From an uncultured delta proteobacterium (GTDB lineage Bacteria; Desulfobacterota; RBG-13-43-22), in NCBI GenBank assembly GCA_963790475.1, contig CAWBOS010000012.1, positions 800,001-864,000 of the forward strand: 64,000 nucleotides of DNA, written 5' to 3'. The position numbers and the translations under genes were made by a program. The notes under the pieces are model-generated. The model was given only the letters and a program-made list of their open reading frames with translations. It did no database searches and was not told where the DNA came from. Numbering within the stretch: position 1 is the first letter of the stretch; every line of letters starts with the position of its first letter. Positions 9,035 to 19,591 of this stretch are shown piece by piece.

Positions 9035-10040
9035 TCTGGGGTATTCACTTGACTAAGGTTACCCCAACATATAGTAATGGGGCGTGGAATCGTACCCCAA
9101 AAGTTTGACTGAATTTGAGTCTTGGTTTTCTTCGGAACAAGATTGTCGAGACTACCTTTATCGTTTGAGATGGCCGGAAGGCTTTATCTGTCCACGATGT
9201 GGGAACCCGGAAGCCTGGCCAATTGGTACTATGTTGTTCGAGTGTTCCGGTTGCCACTATCAGTTGTCGGTTGTAGCGGGAACAATTTTTCAAGATACCC
9301 ACAAGCCGTTGATGGTGTGGTTTAGGGCGATATGGTGGGTAACTGGACAAAAAAATGGAGCCAGCGCTCTGGGCCTTAAACGCATCCTTGGTCTGGGAAG
9401 CTATCGCACGGCCTGGACCTGGTTGCACAAACTGCGTCGGGCCATGGTCCGTCCTGACCGGGACTGCTTGTCTGGTATTATTGAAGTAGATGAAACCGTT
9501 ATTGGCGGAGAGAAACCTGGTAAACGAGGTCGTGGGGCGGCCGGTAAGGTACTCGTAGGTATCGCAGTCGAAGACAAGGGAGATGACGGCGTTGGGCGAA
9601 TTCGTCTTGGTATTCTTCCGGATGCCTCTGCAAACAGTCTCAACGCCTTTATTAAGGAAAGAGTCACGGGAGGAAGTACCATTCGAACCGACGATTGGCT
9701 TGGCTACAGCAAATTGGATTCTGTTGGTTATCGGCACGTCACTATTAAAAATACTGAATTGAAGCTTGCTCACTTGGTAGTATCTCTTCTGAAACGTTGG
9801 CTTCTGGGTACCCATCAAGGTGCAGTCAGTCATGAGCATTTAGCCTACTATTTGGATGAGTATGTTTTTAGATTCAATCGCCGAACTTCGACTCACCGCG
9901 GCAAATTATTTATGCGCCTCCTGGAAAATGCTGTACAAATCGGACCGGTCACCCAATGTCAGATCATTCAGCATGTTAGAGGACGCAAACCCAAAGAACA
10001 CAACATATAGGGAATACCTTAGTCAAGTGAATACCCCAGA
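9035..10040 (+). mobile_element. IS1595-family insertion sequence with 25-bp perfect TIRs and 8-bp TSD
   Basis: TIR tctggggtattcacttgactaaggt (9035-9059, inverse at 10016-10040); flanking direct repeat AAAAGTAA (9027-9034, 10041-10048). Confidence 0.93.
9084..10010 (+). CDS. IS1595-family DDE transposase
   Basis: Zinc ribbon CPRCG...CSGC; EVDET, TDD and YLDEYVFRFNRR motifs. Confidence 0.95.
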   Translation: MESYPKSLTEFESWFSSEQDCRDYLYRLRWPEGFICPRCGNPEAWPIGTMLFECSGCHYQLSVVAGTIFQDTHKPLMVWFRAIWWVTGQKNGASALGLKRILGLGSYRTAWTWLHKLRRAMVRPDRDCLSGIIEVDETVIGGEKPGKRGRGAAGKVLVGIAVEDKGDDGVGRIRLGILPDASANSLNAFIKERVTGGSTIRTDDWLGYSKLDSVGYRHVTIKNTELKLAHLVVSLLKRWLLGTHQGAVSHEHLAYYLDEYVFRFNRRTSTHRGKLFMRLLENAVQIGPVTQCQIIQHVRGRKPKEHNI

Positions 10041-10108
10041 AAAAGTAATATGCTAAGAAAATAGACCTGGCCCCGGACCCGGATAACTTTTATATTTATT
10101 GGATTCAT

Positions 10109-10879
10109 TTACGGCCGCGACAGTAAAATGCCGCCATCCACCAAGATGGTCTCTCCGGTGATATAGGTTGAAGCATCTGAGGCCAGAAAGAGAGCGACAG
10201 TGGCTATGTCTTCGGGTTGGCCTATCCTCCCCAGAGGGATGTTGCTTATGAGTTGCTCCTTCCCATCGGGTGTTCTCCATTGTGAGGTTCCGGGGGTATC
10301 GATGTGACCGGGAGCTATGCTGTTTACCCGTATGTTGTATGGGGCCAGCTCCAGTGCCAACGTTTTGGTAAGGCTGATAACCCCGGCCTTTGAAGCCCCA
10401 TACGGTACCGCGCTTGCAGAAGCACGGAAGGCATCCATAGAAGAAATATTTATGATATTTCCCGATTTTTGCCCGACCATTATTTTAGCCGCGGCGCTGC
10501 TGCACAGGAAAACGCTTTTCAGGGTGGCCCGAATCACCGCGTCCCAACCATTTTCGCTAAGATCCAGAAAGGATTTCTTGAAGTTCCCGGCGGCATTGTT
10601 CACCAGAATATCGATCCTGCCGAACTTATCCATGGTCGTTTTCATCATCTCGGCCACCTGTCCCGAGTCCCGGACATCCGTGACTGTCGCCAGAACATTT
10701 CCCCCTTGCTCGGACAGCGCTTGAGCCGTGGCCTGAACCGTCTCGGCAATCATATCCGAAATGACGACATAGGCCCCGGCTTCGGCGAAAATCGAGGCAA
10801 TTCCCTTGCCGATTCCCTGGCCGCCGCCGGTGATGAGGGCCACACGATCTGTAATTTTAAATTTATCTAACATCGTCAT
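10109..10879 (-). CDS. Short-chain dehydrogenase/reductase (FabG-like)
   Basis: TGGGQGIG, NNA, YGASK and RVNSIAPG motifs; GGAGG RBS before ATG 10879. Confidence 0.92.
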   Translation of the reverse strand: MTMLDKFKITDRVALITGGGQGIGKGIASIFAEAGAYVVISDMIAETVQATAQALSEQGGNVLATVTDVRDSGQVAEMMKTTMDKFGRIDILVNNAAGNFKKSFLDLSENGWDAVIRATLKSVFLCSSAAAKIMVGQKSGNIINISSMDAFRASASAVPYGASKAGVISLTKTLALELAPYNIRVNSIAPGHIDTPGTSQWRTPDGKEQLISNIPLGRIGQPEDIATVALFLASDASTYITGETILVDGGILLSRP

Positions 10880-11218
10880 GGTCTGTTTTCCTCCTGTGCC
10901 CCGTTCAGCCCGGGCTAACTCGAAGCCGCACAAATCGTAAAAACCAGAATAATTTGGATTTTTAAAAGTGTAAAGTCAATAAAATAAATATTTATAATTC
11001 CAACGTCTCAGGAAAGAGGGAGCCTGATGATGCCCTGCAGCTGCGATCATCCTTTTTCCTTTAATATAACCTATTATTTCTACTATGAAAATTTTGGAGG
11101 TATCTTTATGATGTTATATTAAATTGACTTCGCTTTTTTAGTGTGCCAATTATTATAAATAGGTTTGAAGGTGGCTTTGAATTTAATAATCTTAAATTAA
11201 AAGAGGGAGATCAAAGTC

Positions 11219-12025
11219 ATGGCCGATTACAGTCGTTATGAATTTATTAAGGTTGAAAAAGAGGGCAAACTTGCTACCTTAACCTTAAACCGTCCGGATT
11301 CTCTAAACGCCATACACTCGCAACTTCACGGTGAGCTCGAGAATATCTGGATGGAGGTGGCCCGGGATGAAGAGGTCAATGCCATCATTCTTACCGGCGC
11401 GGGAAGAGCGTTTAGTGCGGGTGGAGACGTGAAAGGTATGGATTCGAGAAGCGACCCCGACCAAGAGAGACGCTATTCACTTATGACCGTGGCTAATGCC
11501 CGCAGGCTGATTCAAAATATGTTGATGGTCGAACAGCCGATCATCGGCGCTATCAATGGGGATGCCGTGGGGCTGGGGGCCACTATCGCCCTCTTCTGCG
11601 ATGTGGTGATAGCAGCGGAGAAAGCTCGCTTTGGAGATCCTCACGTAAAGGTCGGCATCGTTGCCGGGGATGGAGGAGCGATTATCTGGCCGGCACTCAT
11701 TGGCGTCTCCCGGGCCAAGGAATTTCTAATGACCGGAAAGCTGATCAATGCGGTTGAGGCAGAGCGGATGGGCCTTGTCAACCATGCCGTCCCGCAGAAC
11801 GAGGTCCTGCCGAAGGCCAGGGAGTTGGCCCAGGAACTTGCCGAAGGTCCCACCTGGGCCATTCGCTACACCAAGGTAGCTGTCAACAAATGGCTAAGCC
11901 ATCAAGTCAATTTGATCCTCGATGCTTCCCTCGGAATGGAAATGCTCACCTTTAACACGGCCGATCATAAAGAGGCCACCCGCGCCTGGATGGAGAAAAG
12001 AAAACCCCAATTTAAGGGATTCTAA
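11219..12025 (+). CDS. Enoyl-CoA hydratase/isomerase (crotonase) family protein
   Basis: TLNRP, AFSAGGD, AINGDAVGLG and EKRKPQFKG motifs. Confidence 0.9.
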   Translation: MADYSRYEFIKVEKEGKLATLTLNRPDSLNAIHSQLHGELENIWMEVARDEEVNAIILTGAGRAFSAGGDVKGMDSRSDPDQERRYSLMTVANARRLIQNMLMVEQPIIGAINGDAVGLGATIALFCDVVIAAEKARFGDPHVKVGIVAGDGGAIIWPALIGVSRAKEFLMTGKLINAVEAERMGLVNHAVPQNEVLPKARELAQELAEGPTWAIRYTKVAVNKWLSHQVNLILDASLGMEMLTFNTADHKEATRAWMEKRKPQFKGF

Positions 12026-12069
12026 AGATTTTCAAAAGGGAGAATTGGGAGGGCAATCGTCAGGTGATC

Positions 12070-14427
12070 TTATCCGGTATTCTCCCTTTTTTCTTTTAAG
12101 GCCCGCCAGAGGCGCTCGGAGGAGACAGGGAGTTCGGTGATGCGCACCCCGGTGGCATCATAAACCGCATTCAGGATGGCCGGGATAGTGGGCATGATGG
12201 CCCCTTCACCGACTTCCTTGGCCCCGAAAGGGCCGTTGGGTTCATTACTTTCAATAATAAGCGATTGGACCTGCGGCACATCGAGGGCCGTAGGAACCTT
12301 GTATTCCCCCAGGGAGGCATTGATAATCTGTCCCCGGTCGTTGAATTTCACTTCTTCAAACAAGGCCTCACCCAGGCCCATGGCCACCGAGCCTTCCATC
12401 TGCCCTTCCACAGAGGTCCGATTGATGGCCAGGCCGCAGTCATGGGCATCGGTCACTTTATCCACAGTTACCTCTCCGGTTTCCAGATCCACGCTGACCT
12501 CGGCAATCATAGCCGAACAGCCATAGGCCGGTGATGTTCCGACCGTCGCCCCTTTAAAGGAGCCCCCCAGCTTGGGAGGTTTGTATTTACCGGTGCCGAC
12601 AATCGTCCCTCTTTTTAGATAGGCCAGACGGGCCGCTTCCCTAAAAGTCAGTTGATCTTCACTTGGGGGATCGGTCCAGCCCCGGTGTTCTTTGATATAC
12701 TCGATGCGGATCGGTTCAAAATCGGGAGCGGGGCCTTCAAAAAAGACCAGGCCGTTGCGGATCGACATCTTTTCCAGCGGAACGTTCAGCGCTTCGGACA
12801 ACACCTCCAGGACCTGACGCCGGGCATCTTCGGCCGCTTCCTTGGCAGCGAATCCGGTCATCAGGGTCTGACGACTGGAATAGGCCCCCAGATCAACTGA
12901 AAGATCGGTATCCCCGGAAACAACCTGCACATCTTCGTAGCGAACCCCCAGGGCCTCGGCGGCGATCATGGCCAAGGCCGTGTCCGATCCCTGGCCGATT
13001 TCCGCACTGCCGGTCCGGACCTGGACGGTCCCGCCGTCCTCGGAAATTTTAATGACTACCGTGGCATGATAGGTATCGGAACGATAAATAGGATAGCCCG
13101 CACCGGAGACAAAAAAGCCGCAGGCCAGTCCTATCCCTTTGCCTTTAGGCAGGCGGCCTTTTTTCAGCTTCCAATCGGAATGATCCCGAATGGCCTCGAT
13201 GCATTCTTTCATCCCCAGACTGCTCATGTTCAGCTCGTTGCAGGTCGTGTCGCCGGTTTCCATAATATTTTTCAAGCGCATTTCCACGGGATCGATCCCC
13301 AATTTTTCGGCAATAATGTCCAACTGCTGTTCGAAACCGGCCCGGGCAGCCACGCCGCCGTGTCCCCTTTGGGCCCCGCAGGCCGGGCGGTTGGTGTAAA
13401 CCCGAAAGCCGTCATATTTCATATTGGGGAGTTTGTAAGGGCCTCCTAAAAGGGAACCGGCGTAATAGACGGTGGCGATCCCGAAACTGGAGTAGGCCCC
13501 GCCTTCCAGGACACAGGTATTATGGAGGGCCATCAAGGTACCGTCTTTTTTGACTCCGGTTTTAAAGGTATGGAAAAATTGATGCCGGGCCCGGCTGTGG
13601 AGAAAGACCTGTTCCCGGGAGAAATGCATCTTCACCGGTCGATGGGTTCTCATGGAAAGAAGGCAAGCCGTCAATTCCAGGGTGGAAGCTGAAGCCTTGG
13701 GGCCGAACCCGCCGCCGACATAAGATTTGATGACGCGGACCTTCCCGATGGGCATTTTTAAGACCATGGCCGCGGTCCGCTGGACATAATGGGGGACCTG
13801 GGTGGAACTGTAGAGGGTCAAATAGCCTTGTTGATCAAAAACAGCCACGGCGTTATTGGGTTCCAGAAAGGCGGCATCCTGACGTTTATTGACAAATTTA
13901 TGCTCATGGATCAGGTCGCACCCGGCAAAGGCCGCTTCCACATCGCCGAACTCCTGATGGACCTCGGCGCAGATATTACGCACAAAGGCCTCATGGATCA
14001 GGGGGGCCCCTTCGGTCATGGCCTGGAAAGGATCAAAGACGGCCGGAAGTTCTTCATAATCCACCCGGATCAACTCCAGGGCTTCCTGGGCGGTTTCCTG
14101 GTCCACAGCGGCTACGGCGGCCACCTCATCCCCGACATAGCGCACCTTATCCACGGCCAGGATGGTCTCATCATAGCGGGCCGGGGAAACCCCAAAAGGA
14201 ATGATCTGCAAGTCCTGGGCGGTTACCACGGATTTGACTCCCGGAAGGGCTCTGGCCTTCGAGGTGTCAATATTTAGAATGCGGGCATGGGCCAAGGGAC
14301 TTTGTAGTATGGCCCCGGAGAGCATATTCGGAAAATGCAGATCATCGGTATAAATGGCCTGACCGGTGGCTTTGTCCGGTGCGTCCAGTCTCGGGGCCCG
14401 GCTGTTGATGACGCTGTAGGTGCTCAT
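12070..14427 (-). CDS. Xanthine dehydrogenase family molybdopterin-binding large subunit (HcrA-like)
   Basis: STQVPH, VGGGFG, GAQRGHG, EIGQG and GAKEVGE motifs. Confidence 0.88.
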   Translation of the reverse strand: MSTYSVINSRAPRLDAPDKATGQAIYTDDLHFPNMLSGAILQSPLAHARILNIDTSKARALPGVKSVVTAQDLQIIPFGVSPARYDETILAVDKVRYVGDEVAAVAAVDQETAQEALELIRVDYEELPAVFDPFQAMTEGAPLIHEAFVRNICAEVHQEFGDVEAAFAGCDLIHEHKFVNKRQDAAFLEPNNAVAVFDQQGYLTLYSSTQVPHYVQRTAAMVLKMPIGKVRVIKSYVGGGFGPKASASTLELTACLLSMRTHRPVKMHFSREQVFLHSRARHQFFHTFKTGVKKDGTLMALHNTCVLEGGAYSSFGIATVYYAGSLLGGPYKLPNMKYDGFRVYTNRPACGAQRGHGGVAARAGFEQQLDIIAEKLGIDPVEMRLKNIMETGDTTCNELNMSSLGMKECIEAIRDHSDWKLKKGRLPKGKGIGLACGFFVSGAGYPIYRSDTYHATVVIKISEDGGTVQVRTGSAEIGQGSDTALAMIAAEALGVRYEDVQVVSGDTDLSVDLGAYSSRQTLMTGFAAKEAAEDARRQVLEVLSEALNVPLEKMSIRNGLVFFEGPAPDFEPIRIEYIKEHRGWTDPPSEDQLTFREAARLAYLKRGTIVGTGKYKPPKLGGSFKGATVGTSPAYGCSAMIAEVSVDLETGEVTVDKVTDAHDCGLAINRTSVEGQMEGSVAMGLGEALFEEVKFNDRGQIINASLGEYKVPTALDVPQVQSLIIESNEPNGPFGAKEVGEGAIMPTIPAILNAVYDATGVRITELPVSSERLWRALKEKRENTG

Positions 14428-14581
14428 GGGAGTTACCTTTCTATCCGTTTCCTGGTTATAGAGGGATCATTTTGTTAGTGATTGTTAGTGAAAAGTGAAA
14501 GGTGACGAGTTACAAGAAAAAGCTTAACCCCTTCCTTTAAAACCTCTTACTTGTTTCTTCTTTCCTGCCACTTGACACTTG

Positions 14582-15043
14582 TCACTTTTGGGCTACTGAT
14601 TCAATGGCATCCACTATTTTTTGATAGCCCGTGCAGCGGCAGAGATTGCCGCTGATGGCTTCCCTTATTTCCGATTGGCTGGGAGAAGGGTTTTTGTCCA
14701 GCAAGGCCTTGGCGCTTAGGATCATGCCTGGACTGCAAAAGCCGCATTGGATGCTGCCATGTTCCACAAAGGCCTGTTGAAGGGGATGGAGTTTCCCTTC
14801 AGCGGATAGTCCTTCGATGGTCATTATCTCGTGCCCTTCGGCCTCCACGGCCAGGACCAGACAGGAGTTGACCGGTTTTCCGTCCATCAGGACGGTGCAA
14901 GACCCGCAGTCTCCCATTTCGCAGCCTTGTTTGGTACCGGTGAGTCTTAGATTTTCCCGGAGCACTTGGGTCAAGGTCCGGTTTACGGGAATGACCAGAT
15001 CGTATTCCCGGTCATTGACTTTGAGGGTAATCATTTTTTTCAT
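14582..15043 (-). CDS. XDH/CoxS-type (2Fe-2S)-binding small subunit
   Basis: GCEMGDCGSC, QCGFC and NLCRCTGY motifs. Confidence 0.93.
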   Translation of the reverse strand: MKKMITLKVNDREYDLVIPVNRTLTQVLRENLRLTGTKQGCEMGDCGSCTVLMDGKPVNSCLVLAVEAEGHEIMTIEGLSAEGKLHPLQQAFVEHGSIQCGFCSPGMILSAKALLDKNPSPSQSEIREAISGNLCRCTGYQKIVDAIESVAQK

Positions 15044-15052
15044 AGGGATCTC

Positions 15053-15943
15053 CTAACCATTTTTCAGAAGCTGGTTATAGGCGGCTTTCAGGGTGCGCAA
15101 GGTCAGAATCTCGATCATGTCCCGCCGATATTCGGCTGAGCCACGATGATCGGTAATGGGTTTGGAATCCTGGACCGCCGCCCGGGCGGCTTCTTTGAAA
15201 ACCGGATCGTTCTTATTTTTCGGTTTGACTCCCTCCAGGACCTGGGCCGCTGAGGAGGCCAGGAAAGGGATCGGGGCCACCGCTCCCAGGGCCACCCGGG
15301 CCGTTTTTATTGAACCATCGGAGGCCAGTTCGAGGAAAGAAGCGGCATTGACCAGGGCAATCTCCAGGGCCTTCCGGGTTCCCAATTTGATATAGGCCCC
15401 GGCGTCCGGTCCCTGGGTTTTAGGAATAAGGATCCCGGCCAGGATCTCGTCCGCCTGGATGACCGTTTGCCCGGGGCCGAGAAAAAATTGCTTAAGAGAT
15501 AAGCTGCGCTCCGCTTGCGGTCCTTTGAGAATCAAGATTGCCCCCAAGACCAGTAGAGGCGGGGCCAGATCGGAGGCCGGACGGGCAGTGATCAGGTTTC
15601 CCCCCACGGTCGCCCGGTTGCGGACCAAAGGCGATCCCAGTCTTCCGGCCCCCTGGGCCAATACGGAAATCCGGTCTTGAGTCAGCTTAGAGGTGGCCAG
15701 ATAGGCAGCCGTGGATAAGGGACCGATGAAAAGACCGTCGCCGTTTTGGGTTGTGGCCTCACCCAGTCCTTCAATTTTATTCAGACTGATAATATGATCC
15801 GGAGAGAGGAGCTTTTTTTTCATGTTGACCAGAAGATCGGTCCCTCCGGCCAGGACTTTGGCTTTTGTCCCATAGTGACTCAGCAGGGAACAGGCCTCAT
15901 CAATCGTTGTTGGGGCATAATAATCGAATTTCGGTAAAAGCAT
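15053..15943 (-). CDS. XDH/CoxM-type FAD-binding medium subunit
   Basis: AGGTDL, RNRATVGGN and DHRGSAEYR motifs; no Cys-rich 4Fe-4S insert. Confidence 0.9.
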   Translation of the reverse strand: MLLPKFDYYAPTTIDEACSLLSHYGTKAKVLAGGTDLLVNMKKKLLSPDHIISLNKIEGLGEATTQNGDGLFIGPLSTAAYLATSKLTQDRISVLAQGAGRLGSPLVRNRATVGGNLITARPASDLAPPLLVLGAILILKGPQAERSLSLKQFFLGPGQTVIQADEILAGILIPKTQGPDAGAYIKLGTRKALEIALVNAASFLELASDGSIKTARVALGAVAPIPFLASSAAQVLEGVKPKNKNDPVFKEAARAAVQDSKPITDHRGSAEYRRDMIEILTLRTLKAAYNQLLKNG

Positions 15944-16114
15944 CTAATCCTCCTAAAAAAGTGACGATTGACGACTCCGGAATCAAAGTTATATTGTAGT
16001 TACAATATAGTTATTTGGAAGTATAAAGGGAACGGAAGAAAATTGTCAAGAGGAAAATGGGCGAAGAAGGATGGCCCTGGATTCGTTTGGCCGGACCGAT
16101 AATTGGGTTGTGGC

Positions 16115-16474
16115 CTATCCGGTTATTGATGCCTTTATTTGCACCCCAATCTGCATCCCGGCCGCCCAGGCTTTAAGGTGTTGGGCATTGGTTTCGGATT
16201 GTTTCATTCGCACCTTTTGGATCTCGGCTCCATAACAGCCGGCCGGCTGTTTATATCCCGGACAGCGGAAATAGCGCCAACCTTTATAGCCTCCAAAAGG
16301 GGTCCCGTCCTGGGGGCGATTGCCGGCCTTTATCCCCCGGGCGATCTGCCGGTCCACGGGCACTACTACGTGATAGCGGCCGCCATCCGGGGCAATTCCG
16401 ATATAACCTTCATTACCGCAGTCTTCATCCAGAGTGGCCCGGAAAATATCGTTGAAATCGATTATTAAAGACAT
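16115..16474 (-). CDS. Hypothetical protein
   Basis: ORF from ATG 16474 with protein-like composition (DGTPFGGYKGWRYFRC). Confidence 0.6.
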   Translation of the reverse strand: MSLIIDFNDIFRATLDEDCGNEGYIGIAPDGGRYHVVVPVDRQIARGIKAGNRPQDGTPFGGYKGWRYFRCPGYKQPAGCYGAEIQKVRMKQSETNAQHLKAWAAGMQIGVQIKASITG

Positions 16475-16562
16475 AGTTATGAGTGACGTGTGACGAGTGA
16501 CAAGTGACGAGAAAATAATAATCAATAATTTTCTACCAGTGACCGGTAACTCGTAGAAGTGG

Positions 16563-16763
16563 TCAGCCCCCAAAGGCCGGATGAATTAATTCCAAAACAT
16601 CTCCTTCGGTTAACTGAGTGGTCTCATAATCTTTTGGATGAATAAATCGATGATTTAATTCGACGATCATATGAATCTCAAATTCCCGGCTGGAATGGAT
16701 CACTGCGGCTATCGACGCCTTTTCCGGAATGGATTCTTTATAACCATTGATAATAATCCACAT
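16563..16763 (-). CDS. thiS: Sulfur carrier protein, ThiS/MoaD family
   Basis: 66 aa, ubiquitin-like pattern, C-terminal GG. Confidence 0.8.
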   Translation of the reverse strand: MWIIINGYKESIPEKASIAAVIHSSREFEIHMIVELNHRFIHPKDYETTQLTEGDVLELIHPAFGG

Positions 16764-16787
16764 AGAATTGTTTTTGTTGGGGATCGC

Positions 16788-17147
16788 TTACTCTTTTAAG
16801 TGTCTTTTCACGGCCTCTTTGAGTTCCGTCAGATCGGAAGATTTGACCACATAATCATCCGAGGCCCAAACGGAAAAATCCTGCTTAAATTCACTGTAGG
16901 CCGAGCAGAGGATGACCGGTATCCGGGGATATTTTTCTTTGATGGCCCTCAGGGTGTCAATGCCGTTCATCTCCGGCATACGGATATCCATAATAATAAT
17001 ATCCGGCACATGATCCGGATCCTCCAACCGGGAGAGCACCTCTTTGCCGTTTCCGGCCAAAACCACCTCGTAACCATCTTCTTCGAACTCTTCCTTGTAG
17101 AGCCTTTGGAGGGCCTCTTCGTCGTCAGCGATTAATATCCGTTTCAT
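16788..17147 (-). CDS. Single-domain response regulator
   Basis: ILIADDE, MDIRMPEMNG and YVVKS receiver motifs. Confidence 0.92.
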   Translation of the reverse strand: MKRILIADDEEALQRLYKEEFEEDGYEVVLAGNGKEVLSRLEDPDHVPDIIIMDIRMPEMNGIDTLRAIKEKYPRIPVILCSAYSEFKQDFSVWASDDYVVKSSDLTELKEAVKRHLKE

Positions 17148-19587
17148 GGTTTTCCTCCCCAAAACTTTTTATTTTTCGTAAATATTGCCGGGCCTCTTTG
17201 GCCGAGGGGAACTTGATAAGAAAAGAGACCCCTTCTCCCGGCCGGTTGTCAATATCCACCTCCCCATTATGACGGGTAACAATTTTATGGACAATAGGGA
17301 GACCCAACCCCGAGCCATGATCTTTGGTTGTAAAAAAAGGATTGAAGATATTATGCAAGACATCGGGTTGAATTCCTCCACCGGTATCCGTTATCTGACA
17401 GGTAACCCATTCCCGGTCCAGGCCTTTGTCTAAATAGGTCCGGATCGTCAATCGGCCTCCTTGGGGCATGGCCTGACAGGAGTTCAAAAACAGGTTGTAA
17501 AAAACATGCCCCAACTGGCGGTTGTCTCCAAATATTTTGGGGACTTTCCCCCATTGCTTTTCAACCTTGATGTTTCCCTCATCCAATTCCCTTTGGATAA
17601 GGCCCAAGGCGTCCTCCACAATTCGATTAAGTTCCCATTCCCTGTAATTACCGCGAGGGTCCTGGGAAAAATCCATGATTTCGTTGAGGGTTTTTTCCAG
17701 CCGCTCCACTTCGTTAATGATGACCTGGAAATAAGACTGGACCTGTTCATCGCCTGGAAATTTTTTATAAAGGCGGCGGACAAAACCGCCAATGGAAACC
17801 AGAGGATTTCGGATCTCATGGGCCAACCCAGAGGCCATTTCCCCGATAGCCACCATTTTTTCCGAATCAATCAAGCGTTCCCGGGCCACTTTAAGTTCTT
17901 CGTTGGTTTTTTCAATAAAGGCATAGAGGCGGGCATTCTCCAGGGCCAGGCCGGCCTGATGAGACAACATGGATAATAAATAGAGGTCTTCTTCGGTGAG
18001 GGGACGTTTATCTATAAAATTATCCACTTCGATAACTCCGACTACCTTATCCTTGGCATATATGGGGATGGAAGCAAAGGAGTCCAAATGCAACCGTTTG
18101 GCCAGTTCTTTGTTGATCCGCGGGTCTTCCGAAATATGATCAATCAAAAAGGTCCGGCCTTCCAGAAAAGTACGGGCCAGGATCCCGGAATCCTTGGTAA
18201 GGGGGACTTTGATATTGTGGACCACTTGATCGGCTTCCTGGCGGGTTTTCCTGGTTTGAGCAGCTTGGCTGACCAATAAACCGCTTAATTCATTTCCGGT
18301 CAAACCTTCTTGTTTTTGAAGGGGAACGTCCTGGTCGGCCTCTTTTTGTATCGACCAGGCCATGGGGGTAAGGATCTTTTTGTCTTCATCGGCCAGGAAC
18401 AGGATGGCCCGGTTAAACCCCAATCCTTCCTTCAGGGTAATGGCCTCCAAAATAATCTGGGGAAGGTCTTTTAAAGAAGCCGAAGTCATCATGGCACTGT
18501 CAATCTGGTACAGGGTGGACAGATTTCTGACCATCCATTCATTCTTCCGGGCCAGGCTCTCGATTTTTTGAAAGGTCAAGGCGTTTTCCAAAGAATTGGC
18601 AATGATGTTTCCGATGGTGGAAAGAACCGACAGGTCATCCTCATTAAATTGGGAGGCCGTATTGCCCCCCAAAGGAATTTTTTCATAGACACACAGGCGA
18701 CCCTGATAAGGGCCTTTAAAATTCAAAACGATACACATAAAGGAGGAAATGGGAGGTTTCTTGGCCGATCCTGGTTGGTTTTCCTCTTCCGGGGTAAGGA
18801 TGATCCGGTCTCCGGCAGGAGAATTCCCGTTTTGATTATAAATATGATTTCCTTTGTGATTCAGAATGTCCTTAAGGATTTTCTTTTTAACGGAAGAAGG
18901 TACCAGTCCGAATTCTGATTCGACAATGATGTTTTCAGACCCTTTTTCCAGTATCATCAAGGCTGAACCGGTGGCGTTGATCACTTGAGCGGTAATGGCT
19001 ACGGTGCGTTCGATCAGATCATTCAGTTCCAGGGTTGAGCCGATCACCTTGCCGACCTGATACAAGACACTGAGTTCAGCTATTCTTTTCTTGGATTCGG
19101 TATAGACCCATGAATTTCTAATAATTCCGGCCAGTTCCCGGGCAACCATATCAAGCAGTTCCCATTGGTCCGGGTCCGGGTTTAAGTCTTTTCGGGAAAG
19201 CAGGCATAAAACGCCGTATAATAAATTATCATCTTCAACCGGCTGGGCGATCAGGGAATTAAACCCTTTAAATAGAGGGTTCTTGATCAGGGCCTTGTGT
19301 TCTTTACGATTTAAACGGGGGATTAAAATGGGTTTTCGATTTTGAAGGGTTTCTCCGATCGGGGTCCTGGCCATAGGAAAGGAACGGCCGTCCCAGGAGA
19401 CCTCCCGGGGACTCACTTTTTTTAATTCCAGGACTTCATGTTCCGGTGTTATGGAAAGAAGGACCGCCCTTTCCACCCTTTCTTTGCGGACCAGTAAATC
19501 CAGGATACCCTGAAGGCGATCTTCAAATCCAATACTGGAATTGGCTACCTGGATAACTTTTTTTATTAGTTCAAGCCCGCGGTCCAT
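17125..19587 (-). CDS. Multi-GAF sensor histidine kinase
   Basis: GAF segments, H-box LAHEIRNPL, DTGGG and FFTTK..GSGLGL. Confidence 0.92.
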   Translation of the reverse strand: MDRGLELIKKVIQVANSSIGFEDRLQGILDLLVRKERVERAVLLSITPEHEVLELKKVSPREVSWDGRSFPMARTPIGETLQNRKPILIPRLNRKEHKALIKNPLFKGFNSLIAQPVEDDNLLYGVLCLLSRKDLNPDPDQWELLDMVARELAGIIRNSWVYTESKKRIAELSVLYQVGKVIGSTLELNDLIERTVAITAQVINATGSALMILEKGSENIIVESEFGLVPSSVKKKILKDILNHKGNHIYNQNGNSPAGDRIILTPEEENQPGSAKKPPISSFMCIVLNFKGPYQGRLCVYEKIPLGGNTASQFNEDDLSVLSTIGNIIANSLENALTFQKIESLARKNEWMVRNLSTLYQIDSAMMTSASLKDLPQIILEAITLKEGLGFNRAILFLADEDKKILTPMAWSIQKEADQDVPLQKQEGLTGNELSGLLVSQAAQTRKTRQEADQVVHNIKVPLTKDSGILARTFLEGRTFLIDHISEDPRINKELAKRLHLDSFASIPIYAKDKVVGVIEVDNFIDKRPLTEEDLYLLSMLSHQAGLALENARLYAFIEKTNEELKVARERLIDSEKMVAIGEMASGLAHEIRNPLVSIGGFVRRLYKKFPGDEQVQSYFQVIINEVERLEKTLNEIMDFSQDPRGNYREWELNRIVEDALGLIQRELDEGNIKVEKQWGKVPKIFGDNRQLGHVFYNLFLNSCQAMPQGGRLTIRTYLDKGLDREWVTCQITDTGGGIQPDVLHNIFNPFFTTKDHGSGLGLPIVHKIVTRHNGEVDIDNRPGEGVSFLIKFPSAKEARQYLRKIKSFGEENHETDINR

Positions 19588-19591
19588 AGTC

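Noticed and set aside
9045-9839. 264-aa antisense ORF within IS1595, and other overlapping short ORFs in the track
   Set aside because: They overlap well-supported genes and lack motifs.
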